NCBI GenBank assembly: GCA_047621685.1
Contig: JBLHNG010000004.1
Span: 1 to 48,578, forward strand
DNA: 48,578 bases
Reading direction: 5' to 3'
Origin: Myxococcota bacterium
GTDB taxonomy: Bacteria; Myxococcota_A; UBA796
The first letter of the stretch is position 1. Each line of letters starts with the position of its first letter. The notes beneath the pieces are model-generated. The model saw only the letters and a list, made by a program, of their open reading frames with translations. It made no database searches and was not told the origin of the DNA. Made by a program: the position numbers and the translations under genes. Shown one piece after another: positions 28,292 to 37,501 of this stretch.

Positions 28292-28977
28292 TGACCGACC
28301 TTGAGGCGCTGATCGCCCATCCTGATGCCGCCTGGCTGCTCGCGGATCGACTCCGGGATCTGCGCGGAGACACCTCGGAGCGGCTCCAGATCCACACCGC
28401 GCTGGCCCGAATCTGCACCTCGGGTGGAGACCGGGTCGCTGCCCGGGAGCACCTGGAGGCCGCCCATGCCATGGCGCATCGGCTGGGAGAGCACGCCCAG
28501 GCCCGCGTCCTCCGACAGCGCCTCGCCCTGCACCTCCTCAGCATCGGCCTGCCCGCCCTCGCCGAGCCACACCTGCGCGAGGCCCTCCTCGATGCGGTGG
28601 ACACCGACGACACCCTGATGGTCGTGGCCCTCGGCACCAGCCTCTCCGCGACCCGCCTGGAGGCGTCCGACTGGACCGAGGCCCGCAAGATCGGGGCGCA
28701 GGTTGTCACAGCGGCATCCCGGCGGGGCAATTGGCTGGGGGTCACCGACGGGCTCATCACCCAGGCCACCGGCCTCCTGGGACTCGGCGCCCCCCTCACC
28801 GACGCCATCGCGCTGATGCTCCACGGCGGCCAGCGCCTCAGCGCAGCGGGAGCGGTCGCAGCGGTCAACCTCATCAAGGCTCGACTCGGAGAGCTGCGGG
28901 CGGAGCGTGGGGCCGAGGTGTTCGATGCCGCCCTCCAGGCCGCGCTCGCCAGACTCCGGGCTGCTCAGCGCTCTTGA
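28288..28977 (+). CDS. TPR-like helical protein
   Basis: GTGA overlap with upstream stop; repeats GGDRVAAREHLEAA, IGLPALAEPHLREA, ASDWTEARKI. Confidence 0.7.
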   Translation: MMTDLEALIAHPDAAWLLADRLRDLRGDTSERLQIHTALARICTSGGDRVAAREHLEAAHAMAHRLGEHAQARVLRQRLALHLLSIGLPALAEPHLREALLDAVDTDDTLMVVALGTSLSATRLEASDWTEARKIGAQVVTAASRRGNWLGVTDGLITQATGLLGLGAPLTDAIALMLHGGQRLSAAGAVAAVNLIKARLGELRAERGAEVFDAALQAALARLRAAQRS

Positions 28978-28979
28978 GG

Positions 28980-29942
28980 TCAGGCCACCTGAGCGTTGCA
29001 GACCGCACAGAACCGCTGGTCACCCCGATACACCGCGACCCGGGCCTGGTAGCAGCCGGAGTGGAAGTGCTGGCCGCAGTTGAAGGGGCAGTCCATGCGC
29101 ACCTCCGCGGTCACTGAGCCCCTGCAGATCCCACAGTCCACCACCGCGACGGCCTCCTGGGCGGCCTCGATCGTTGGGGCCTGCTCCGGCAGCGGCTCGA
29201 CAGCCCCCCACCACGCCAGCCAGCCGACGAACACGCCGAGGAAGCCGGTGATCACGCCGGGAGCCACGTCTCGGAAGATGACCTCAAAGGTCGGGGGGAC
29301 GGCTCGACCAGGGAGCGCGGTGAGCACGCTGGGGGCAAGCAGGTCGGCGGCGGCGGTCACCGCGAGGGTCAGGGCCATCATCATGATGAACAGCACCAGC
29401 GCAGTGAGCGCGACCCGGGCGCGGTACGCCTGTCCGCCCCAGGCATGGCGGGCGAAGTTGCAGCAGAGCAGCCCGAGTCCGACGCCCGGCAGCAGGACCA
29501 CTCCCAGCTGTCGGGACACGCTCAGGGCTGCCCCCCAGCCCACCGCCCAGGCCACCACGAGGCCGACAGTGCTCATCAACGCGGGGATGCCGCTGCCGGC
29601 GTAGCCAAAGTTCTCCGGGTAGTCTGGTGGCTGCTCCAGCACCCCGCTGCCATGCGGAGGCTCGGGGAGGAGGTAGACCAGCTCTCCGTCGATGACCCCG
29701 AGCTGGCTGAGGGTCTCCTTGTCGCCCAGCAGCCGACCGCGTGCCCTCAGCCAATACAGGCGCCGCTGGCCGTTCTGCCAGTGGGAGTCCAGGCCTGCGT
29801 CACGGACGATGCGCTGGGTGAGGTCCTGCGCGGGCAGGAAGGTGGGCACCTGGAGGTCGAGGGTGAACGACTGCATGTCGACGACCTGCACCCGAAGCGT
29901 GACGGTCTGATCGCCCTCTGCAAAGCTGCCCGCGTAGTCCAT
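28980..29942 (-). CDS. EsaB/YukD-like ubiquitin-fold + 4 TM + C4HC3 RING/PHD-type zinc-finger protein
   Basis: LDLQVP...LLGDKETLSQLGVIDGELVYL (YukD-like); four hydrophobic helices; CGIC-x11-CPFNC-x4-HSGC-x14-CAVC. Confidence 0.8.
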   Translation of the reverse strand: MDYAGSFAEGDQTVTLRVQVVDMQSFTLDLQVPTFLPAQDLTQRIVRDAGLDSHWQNGQRRLYWLRARGRLLGDKETLSQLGVIDGELVYLLPEPPHGSGVLEQPPDYPENFGYAGSGIPALMSTVGLVVAWAVGWGAALSVSRQLGVVLLPGVGLGLLCCNFARHAWGGQAYRARVALTALVLFIMMMALTLAVTAAADLLAPSVLTALPGRAVPPTFEVIFRDVAPGVITGFLGVFVGWLAWWGAVEPLPEQAPTIEAAQEAVAVVDCGICRGSVTAEVRMDCPFNCGQHFHSGCYQARVAVYRGDQRFCAVCNAQVA

Positions 29943-30024
29943 GCCCCGATCCTACCTCATACAGTTCCGCGCTCACACCGGGAGACTGAGTCCGCTTTTC
30001 GAAAACCGGTGGTATGTAGTGGCA

Positions 30025-31272
30025 ATGCTCTCATTCCTGCTCCTCTGCTCCTGCGGTCGTGGTGATCTCACTGCACCGCCCCTGCTCGAAGATGACCGCT
30101 ACACCACCACCTCCCGGGCCTGGACCCTCATCGGCAATGCGCTGACCGAGGGACACGACACCCTGGAGATCACGGTGACCTTCCCCGAAGGCGAGGAGGA
30201 GGTGCTGGTCTGGCTCGACAACGCCCTGCAGCCTTCGCTGTCCCTGGATCTCTCCGAAGTCGGCCCCGGCTCGCACACTGTCCTGCTGTCCGTAGATGGC
30301 GGCGAGAGCGCATTCGCCGCGGTGGACTTCCTGCGCACCCACCCCCTATACGTCATCACCTCGGTGGACTGGGACCAGGCAGACACCGCCGACGGAGAGC
30401 TGGACTGGCACCTCGCGCTGCACGAGGACCACCCATCGCTGCGCCTGACCCAGTTCGTCGGCCCATACACCTTCACCGATCCAGAAGTCTCCCCGGAGCG
30501 GGCCGAAGAGCTGGTGAGCTGGCTGCGCAGCACGGAGGAAACCTACGGCGACGAGATCGGCCTGCACATCCACCCCTACTGCAGCTTCGTCGAGACGACC
30601 GACGTCACCTGCCGACACGAGCCATCCTACGTCTTCACCGACGGCGACGACACCGGGTACACGGTGCTGTCGTCGGCCTACACACAGGAGGAGTACGTCA
30701 CCCTCCTCCTTGCCTCCGTCGCTCTGTTTGAGGACAACGGCCTCCCCCGTCCCACCACCTTCCGGGCCGGTGGCTGGATCGCCGACAGCACGGTCCTCTC
30801 CGCGCTCGATGAGGCGGGCTTTGTCGCCGACACCAGCGCGCTGAACTGGCCGCTCATCGAGGAGTGGGAGGATCAGGCCAGCTCCGGCAGCGAGTACAAC
30901 TCGGTGCTGTTTGACTGGAACGCAGAGAACTGGTCGGACATCGGAGCGACCAGCCAGCCCTACCATCCTGATCCGGTGGATCCGCAGGTGCCCGGGGCTC
31001 CCGGACTCTCGCTTCTGGAGGTCCCCGACAACGCCGCGCTGGCGGACTACGTCTCCGTTGAGGACATGCTCGCGGTCCTTGAGGCCAACTGGGATGGTGG
31101 AGTACTCGACGCACCCATCGCCTTCTCCATCGGCTACCACAACAGCACCTACCCCGGCTATCGGTACGGCATTGAGGAGACCCTCAATCACCTCGACGGC
31201 TTCCTCGCCGAAGACGACACTGGACCCATCATCTACGCCACCCTTGATGAGATGCCCCTGGTCTGGCCTTGA
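30025..31272 (+). CDS. Lipoprotein, polysaccharide deacetylase/NodB-like superfamily
   Basis: Lipobox LCSC; SVDWD, DEIGLHIHP, FRAGGW, DTS, LLEVP, IGYH; start moved to ATG 30025. Confidence 0.75.
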   Translation: MLSFLLLCSCGRGDLTAPPLLEDDRYTTTSRAWTLIGNALTEGHDTLEITVTFPEGEEEVLVWLDNALQPSLSLDLSEVGPGSHTVLLSVDGGESAFAAVDFLRTHPLYVITSVDWDQADTADGELDWHLALHEDHPSLRLTQFVGPYTFTDPEVSPERAEELVSWLRSTEETYGDEIGLHIHPYCSFVETTDVTCRHEPSYVFTDGDDTGYTVLSSAYTQEEYVTLLLASVALFEDNGLPRPTTFRAGGWIADSTVLSALDEAGFVADTSALNWPLIEEWEDQASSGSEYNSVLFDWNAENWSDIGATSQPYHPDPVDPQVPGAPGLSLLEVPDNAALADYVSVEDMLAVLEANWDGGVLDAPIAFSIGYHNSTYPGYRYGIEETLNHLDGFLAEDDTGPIIYATLDEMPLVWP

Positions 31273-31285
31273 GACGACCCTCGCT

Positions 31286-31919
31286 TCAGGTCAGCACAGC
31301 AAAGCGCCAGGCGTCCTGAGCGAGTCGGATCATTGCGACATCGCCGACCCGGTGGCCAAACCGGAGGAGGTTGATGGCGTAGTGGACCGCCTGAAACCGG
31401 GCACGCCGCCAGGTCGCTTCGTCGATGTCGCCGTAGGCCTTCTGGAATGCGGGCCGGTCGGCAGGGGGTAGCCAGGAGAGGGCGATGGAGAGGTCGGCGG
31501 CAGGTCGTGGAGTACACGGAGGAAGCCGCCGAGGGCGATCCCGACGCCACGGCGATCCTGAGGCGGGGCACGGTCGGCGGTCTGTCCGTGGACCCGGGCC
31601 ACCAGCGCACAGGGGAGCGGGTAGTCCTCGCTTGGGGGGATGCGCTGGACGATGCGTGGCACCGGGGCGGGGAGGGACGCCGCCCAGGTGGCGAGGAAGT
31701 CCAGCTCGCCAGACAGCAGCTCTGCGCCGAGATCCCGACGGGGGAGCCGCAGCAGGAGGTCGTCCCCGACGGTGACCACGAGGTTGTCCCACCCCTCCCC
31801 CAGCACCGACAGCGGCCGTTCCGCCAGCTGTGGAGCCGCCCAACGCAGCACGCCCCGGGCAGTGGAGAGGTCAACGGTGATGTCTGCCAGCCAGGGCTTT
31901 GAGGGGCCGAGGGGGCCAC
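31286..31919 (-). pseudogene. Aminoglycoside phosphotransferase (APH)-family gene with internal deletion and frameshift
   Basis: N-lobe PWLADITVD...LGEGWDN...LLRLPRR...FLRVLH in one frame; C-terminus PAADLSIALSWLPP...AYGDIDEATWRRAR in another; catalytic HGD and DFG segments absent. Confidence 0.75.
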
Positions 31920-32855
31920 CTACCGCTGCGCTTCGACGGTGCGCTCCAGCTCGTCAGAGATCTTGTTGAGCGGACCAAGCAGGCGCTCGAACTTGTCAAA
32001 CCACCGCAGCCAGATCTCGTTGGCCTGATCGGGTGCCGGCACCTCGGCATGGACCCGACGCACGAACTCCTTGAACTGCACGATGCGATCGACGCTGACC
32101 GGCAGGTTGTTGAAGAACTCGTGGGCGTAGTTGATCAGCGATCCGGCGGTCCGATACAGGACCCGGTCGCTGGTGCCCTCCTCGATGAGCAGAAACTCAC
32201 TGGAGATCAGCGCGGAGTTGAACGACAGGGTCGACAGCTCCAGCTCCCGCAGCGAGTTGGTGCGCAGGAGGTTGTTGATGATCTTCTTGTTGACCCGGAT
32301 GAAGGTCTCGACCCGGGGCTTGAGGTAGCTCTCCGCGGCACGCTCCTGACGACCGGCGCGGGGCACCGGGAGGAGGACCTGGACCATGCGACCCAGCCGG
32401 ACGTTGATCCGGCACAGGGCGACGGCGTCGGGCTGGTCGGAGTCGATGGTGTGCAGCCGCGGCGCGCAGCTCTCCACCACCCGGGACTCCTGACGCTCGT
32501 TGGTGTCGAAGATCGGCCGGTTGAAAGCTTCGTCGGGGGCCTCAACATGGAACAGCCAGAGCATGTACTCGCCGTCCTTCTTGGGGACCTCGAGCTGCAC
32601 CGCGACGGCTTCTGGGAGGCGCACCTGCTGCCCCATCCGGGTGATGCCGAAGCCCGCCTGGATGATCGCGACGTAGCGCTTGCCCTTCTGCTGAAGCTCA
32701 ACCTGGAGGCCCTGGACGATGCCGTGACCGTGCAGGTAGAGGTTGTGCCGATGGATGTTGTTGCGGTGGTAGGTCTGCTCGTCTTCGAGATCCCGTGCTG
32801 TGAGACACAGGCCCTCGAAGGGACGCATTCGACGGAGGAGTTGGTCTTTGCTCAT
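31920..32855 (-). CDS. CIS baseplate-associated / fibre-attachment protein
   Basis: RMRPFEGLCLTARDLEDEQTYH...HNLYLHGHGIVQGLQV...AGFGITRMGQ, an N-terminal motif typical of genes following eCIS baseplates; last gene of the operon. Confidence 0.7.
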   Translation of the reverse strand: MSKDQLLRRMRPFEGLCLTARDLEDEQTYHRNNIHRHNLYLHGHGIVQGLQVELQQKGKRYVAIIQAGFGITRMGQQVRLPEAVAVQLEVPKKDGEYMLWLFHVEAPDEAFNRPIFDTNERQESRVVESCAPRLHTIDSDQPDAVALCRINVRLGRMVQVLLPVPRAGRQERAAESYLKPRVETFIRVNKKIINNLLRTNSLRELELSTLSFNSALISSEFLLIEEGTSDRVLYRTAGSLINYAHEFFNNLPVSVDRIVQFKEFVRRVHAEVPAPDQANEIWLRWFDKFERLLGPLNKISDELERTVEAQR

Positions 32856-32858
32856 TGA

Positions 32859-33977
32859 TCAGTCCACGGTCTCTTTGAACCGAATCGTGAAGGTGATGTT
32901 GGCCGGCTTCTCCTGGGTCACGATCTGGGAGATCCGCCGCAGGACCGCCGTCGCCCGCTCCCCAAAGCGCTCGCGAAAGCGCTCCCGGGACTCCAGGGTC
33001 AGCACGAAGAAGGTGGTCTTCGCCCGCTCCTCACGGATGAGGTAGTGGGCAGTGGGTTCGTTTCGGAGGAAGCGCTCCTCCACGGTCTGTCCGCCAGCGA
33101 GGGTCATCGCGCCGAGCACACAGGGGTGGGGCTTCTCCCGCTCCTCGACCTCGACCGGGGCGCTGGTGAGCACCCGGATCATCTCGGTGACCCCAGCGAC
33201 CGTGCCCCGAGTCCGGTGGAGTCGGATGGACCGGCGGACCAGCTCGCGCTGCTGGTGGAGCGGCAGGGAGCCGTCCAGCTCGAAGCTGACCCAGGAGGCA
33301 ATCCAGGGCAAAAACGATGGGTCGGCGAGGGTGGGGTCGGTCAGGGAGGGGATGTTGTCGATGCGGTCGGTGACCGTGGTCATCATGTGCTGAAACATCA
33401 GCAGGAAGCGCCGGAACTGGTCGGTCCCATCCACGCCCTTGTTTCCGGAGTCGTCGCTCTTGTAGCCATACTGACGCCGCTGCCGGTCGGTGACCTGGGG
33501 CACGTCCTGGCGGGTGGTGGCAGCGCTGCCCTGAAAGATGCCGGGCAGGTAGCGGAGGTAGGAGCGAACCGGGACGTGCAGGATGATGAGATCCCGGCTG
33601 CGAAGTGGGGGAATGTCGCCCTCTTCGGAACCACCAACGGTGATCCGGACCTTGATGGTGACCAGCTCTTCAGGGGTGAACCAGGTCGCTGGAGAGCCAT
33701 CGGGCAGCTCGCGCGCGGCGATCACCATCACGGTCTCGCCGCCGACATGAGGCTGGATCTCGACCGCGCGAATCCGACCGGTGGGCTCTCCCCGGCGGGC
33801 CTCGACGAGCCGGTAGGTCACCGGGTTGCCGAGGTGGCGGTTGAGGTACACCCGGGCATCCCGCACCGGGTAGTTGATGCGGACCACATCAGAGAGGTAG
33901 GCGTAGTCCCCAGGCGGCTTCCGGGCGGTCCGGGCGGTGCGCAGTGAGAGCAGGCCGTTCATCCCGAGTCCGCTCAT
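32859..33977 (-). CDS. Baseplate wedge / phage tail protein I (P2 gpI-like)
   Basis: YLPGIF, RRFLLMF, DP...FLPWIASWV, LHRTRGTVAG, EKPA; ATGA overlap with baseplate J. Confidence 0.88.
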   Translation of the reverse strand: MSGLGMNGLLSLRTARTARKPPGDYAYLSDVVRINYPVRDARVYLNRHLGNPVTYRLVEARRGEPTGRIRAVEIQPHVGGETVMVIAARELPDGSPATWFTPEELVTIKVRITVGGSEEGDIPPLRSRDLIILHVPVRSYLRYLPGIFQGSAATTRQDVPQVTDRQRRQYGYKSDDSGNKGVDGTDQFRRFLLMFQHMMTTVTDRIDNIPSLTDPTLADPSFLPWIASWVSFELDGSLPLHQQRELVRRSIRLHRTRGTVAGVTEMIRVLTSAPVEVEEREKPHPCVLGAMTLAGGQTVEERFLRNEPTAHYLIREERAKTTFFVLTLESRERFRERFGERATAVLRRISQIVTQEKPANITFTIRFKETVD

Positions 33978-36900
33978 TCCGCGCCCTCTTCAGTGCGAAT
34001 GCGAACTCGACGGACCACGAACAGGTCGTGATCCTGGAGCATCAGCTCGCCGTCTCCCAGACCCTCTTCCCAGCCGGGAACGCCCCGGGGATCCGCACCG
34101 CGCATGTCGTAGAGCTGGACGTCGACGACGTGACGGACCTCGGGGATGTCGGAGACCATCCGGGCGAAGTCCTGGGCGTAGAGGGTGCCGCCGAATGGCC
34201 AGCCCTCACCATCAAGCCCACCACTGTAGGGGTTGAGGAAGTGCTCAACCCACCGACTGGCCTGCTCGCGGACGAGGATGACGTTGGCGTTGGGGCGCAG
34301 GCGCAGGGTCACGGAGACGTCGATGGGCAGAAACGCCGCGAGGTGGACCACCGGATCGACGTTGATGAGGCAGCGGCGCTTGAGGTACTTGGAGACGTGG
34401 TCACGCAGACCGGCAGAGAGGAACTGATCGGGGACCCGCTCGCCGTCGCGCCGCCGGGGCAGCACGATGATGTCGACCCGACCGTCTTCGTCGAGGCGCC
34501 CACGACAGGCCGCACGGGCAACCTCACCGGAGGCCTCCCGGGCGATGATCTCGAAGTCGGTGCGGGTGACGGCGCGGTCCCGGCTGGTCAGCAGGCTCGG
34601 AGCGCGACGGATGATCTCTTCGATGCTCTCGGCATCTCGTCCGCCAGTGGTCGGCACGAGGTTGGTGACCTTGATGGCGTCGCCGTAGCCCTCGCAGATG
34701 GTGATCTCATGGGGACCGACGTTGCCCCGGGTGCCGGGCACGAGGCGGTAGGTGTCGACCAGGACGTTGTTGGAGCCGGTCGGCAGCATGCGGCCGCGGA
34801 TGCCGTTTCCAAACGTCAGGGTGCCATCGACCGGGTCGACCACGAAGATGCGGTCGTCCTTGCCAGCGGTCAGCAGATCGGAGGGGCGGACCTGATTCCA
34901 GGGGGTCTGCTCGCCGTCCCCCTCATCGAGGCTGACCTTGATGTCCGCGAACAGCTCGGGTCGGGGGAACACCGCGCGCTCGGACTCTCCCTCATGGAGG
35001 AACAGCGGCTTGCGGAGGAGCTGGATGGACTGGTGGGGGACGCCGTGGCCGGAGTAGCGCTCGGTGCGCATCGAGTGGAGGTTCACCACATCGATGGTGT
35101 TGAGCATGATGTGGGTGACCGGCGGCAGCGGCGGGATGCGATCGATGCCGGAGCCCAGGGGCAGCACGAACCGACCGCGCAGCCAGAAGCCGTCCTGCTC
35201 GGGGTGCTCGGGGACGTCGGGAAGCGGGAACTCCAGCACCCCGGAGCCAGCGAGAGAGTACGCCGGACGGACCTGGCCGTCATCGGAGCGCTGCTCAGAC
35301 TGGAGCTGTCGCCAGCCGGTGCGACCGTGGGCGCGCTTCTCCAGCAGCTCCCACTCCATGCCCACGCCTTCTGGGAGGAATGCTTCGCCGCGACAGCGGA
35401 CGTGGATGGTGTGCCTGGAGCCCTCGGGCAGCGGGCGATCGAACTGGATGTAGATCGCCTGGTTCTCTTCCTGGATCTCAACGAACGGGTAGAACGGGTA
35501 GAACTCGTTGAGCCGGCCGATGGCGCGGGTGAGCACCCGGGTCAGGCGGCGATTTTCCTCGCGCAGATCGAGCTGAGCCATTCGGGGGCTCGGCATGGGC
35601 TGCTCGTAGGTGGCATCTCCTAAGGTCTTGTCCGCGCCGAGCTTGATGCCGAAGAAGCGGAGCTGGATCGGCTTCTGCTCCTTCTTCTCGTCGGTGCCGG
35701 TGAGGTTGGACTTGATCAGCTCCAGCCGCAGCCAGGTGGTCTCGATGTCGCCGATCGTGTGGCGGCCGAGTCCCTTGAGCTGGCTCTTGGGGTCCAGCAC
35801 AATGCGGAGCTTGCGACGTCCGGCCTTCTTCGCGCCCTCTTCATCGAGGTCAGAGAAGGTGAACTTGCTGTAGATCTTGTCTTCGGTCCAGACCACCCGC
35901 CAGCTGTCTTCTGCTCGGTAGGTCAGCTGAAGGGCGTACAGATCGGTGGGCTCGGCGATGGGCTCGCCGTTCATCTCGAAGCCGACCTCGATCTCAACGA
36001 GCACCGGAGTCTGTCGGCGGTTCTCGAACAGGTCGGAGCCGATGAAGAACCTTCGGCCGATGGTCGGGGGGATGATCTGTGAGATCTGGAACGGATCCCA
36101 TGGGGAATCGCCGAGTGGAAGCACCTCGACCCGACGGGGATCGTCGCCCTGAGCGAGGTGGACCTCGACGGGGCGGATCCAATTGAGGTCGACCTCAAGA
36201 TCGGGGCAGAAGCCGCGCATGAACACGGTCTCGATGCGCTCTGCCCGGAGGTTGTAGCCATCCGAGGCCATGTCCGGCAGCGGACCGGTGATGATGACCT
36301 GGGTCTTCTCGACCCGCACCCGCTCCCATGGGATGGCTTCCCACGCATCTCCGCGCCGATACCACCACCGGTACTTCGGCAGGTAGCTGTTGCGCCCGGC
36401 GGGAACGCCGCGGTTGACGAGGGCGAGCCGAATGGTCCAGCCGCCACGGATGGGGGGGAGATCCTGGAGGAAGAACTCCAGGGAGCGACCCGAGGGGCGG
36501 ACCTCCCAGTTGTGGATCTGGCGCTCCTCGCCGCCACGGTCGTCCTTCCAGTAGACGTCGAGGTCGTCGTCCATGCGAGCGGCCATCCACCGCTCGTAGT
36601 CCAGCCGTCCGCGAATCCACCACTTCGACTTCGCGATGGGGTCCGGCAGCTTGACCCGCGAATCGCCGACGTCAAACGGCAGCTCGATGATCCCAGGCAT
36701 CGAAGTGAGCAGGGCCAGCTCGGGCATGCCGAGCACGTCCTCCAGCTCTCGCTCCGTCTCGATGGGCGCCCAGCCGTCGGTGGTCGGGTACTCCCACTTG
36801 AAGAAGTTGACGATGGACATGGTGTCGCCGCCGGAGCGACGGATCCGCATGCGACCGACGGGGCGCTCGCTCTTCGGATCGATGTCCATCAGCCGGAAGT

Positions 36901-37483
36901 CGTTGTGGGCGAGGTAGAAGAACTGGTGCGGCGTGTAGGCGTCGGGGCCGTACTCCAGCGGATCGAGGTCGAAGAACTGGATCCCCCTGCCCTCGGAGAA
37001 CGACAGCGCGGCGTCGTGTCCGTCGAGCAGGGCGTAGGGCAGCTCCCTCACGACCGGGCTGGCTCCGCCCTTGACTGCCATCACCCGGGAGATCCGGGCG
37101 CTGTGCAGGGTCATTCGGTCGACCGAGAGGAACTCCAGGGCCGGCTTGTCCTCCCGCTGACGGGTCGCACACCGAGAGAACGCCGGCAGCTCGATGGGCC
37201 GGTCGGTCTTCAAAGCGAAGGTCACCGGGCCGACCGAGGGTCGGGCGCGCTTTCGCTCCTCTCCGATGAAGTTGAGGAAGTGGACGTAGGTCTTGTCCGG
37301 AACCTTGTTCAACCGGTAGATGATCAGCTCGGTCATCCAGGCGAACAGCTGAACCAGAGTCATGCCCGGGTCGGCAGGTCCGAGGTTGGTCCACTCCGGA
37401 CAATACTGTGGGATCAGCTTCCGGGCTTCTTCGATGATGTCGTCGTAACCGCGATCATCGAGTTTTGGCGGCTTAATGGGCAT
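33974..37483 (-). CDS. Baseplate J/gp47-like protein, expanded (1169 aa)
   Basis: LDDRGYDD...IPQYCPEWTN...DPGMTLVQLFAW; LTFGNGIRG; GGRDAESIEE; RAVTRTDFE; GWPFG. Confidence 0.93.
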   Translation of the reverse strand: MPIKPPKLDDRGYDDIIEEARKLIPQYCPEWTNLGPADPGMTLVQLFAWMTELIIYRLNKVPDKTYVHFLNFIGEERKRARPSVGPVTFALKTDRPIELPAFSRCATRQREDKPALEFLSVDRMTLHSARISRVMAVKGGASPVVRELPYALLDGHDAALSFSEGRGIQFFDLDPLEYGPDAYTPHQFFYLAHNDFRLMDIDPKSERPVGRMRIRRSGGDTMSIVNFFKWEYPTTDGWAPIETERELEDVLGMPELALLTSMPGIIELPFDVGDSRVKLPDPIAKSKWWIRGRLDYERWMAARMDDDLDVYWKDDRGGEERQIHNWEVRPSGRSLEFFLQDLPPIRGGWTIRLALVNRGVPAGRNSYLPKYRWWYRRGDAWEAIPWERVRVEKTQVIITGPLPDMASDGYNLRAERIETVFMRGFCPDLEVDLNWIRPVEVHLAQGDDPRRVEVLPLGDSPWDPFQISQIIPPTIGRRFFIGSDLFENRRQTPVLVEIEVGFEMNGEPIAEPTDLYALQLTYRAEDSWRVVWTEDKIYSKFTFSDLDEEGAKKAGRRKLRIVLDPKSQLKGLGRHTIGDIETTWLRLELIKSNLTGTDEKKEQKPIQLRFFGIKLGADKTLGDATYEQPMPSPRMAQLDLREENRRLTRVLTRAIGRLNEFYPFYPFVEIQEENQAIYIQFDRPLPEGSRHTIHVRCRGEAFLPEGVGMEWELLEKRAHGRTGWRQLQSEQRSDDGQVRPAYSLAGSGVLEFPLPDVPEHPEQDGFWLRGRFVLPLGSGIDRIPPLPPVTHIMLNTIDVVNLHSMRTERYSGHGVPHQSIQLLRKPLFLHEGESERAVFPRPELFADIKVSLDEGDGEQTPWNQVRPSDLLTAGKDDRIFVVDPVDGTLTFGNGIRGRMLPTGSNNVLVDTYRLVPGTRGNVGPHEITICEGYGDAIKVTNLVPTTGGRDAESIEEIIRRAPSLLTSRDRAVTRTDFEIIAREASGEVARAACRGRLDEDGRVDIIVLPRRRDGERVPDQFLSAGLRDHVSKYLKRRCLINVDPVVHLAAFLPIDVSVTLRLRPNANVILVREQASRWVEHFLNPYSGGLDGEGWPFGGTLYAQDFARMVSDIPEVRHVVDVQLYDMRGADPRGVPGWEEGLGDGELMLQDHDLFVVRRVRIRTEEGAE

Positions 37484-37501
37484 GATCTTGTGGCGTACCC
37501 T

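Noticed and set aside
22499-29942. A true type VII secretion system
   Set aside because: Only analogous accessory folds are seen (Ubl, pseudokinase, FHA-like); no FtsK/SpoIIIE ATPase or WXG100 substrate in the window.
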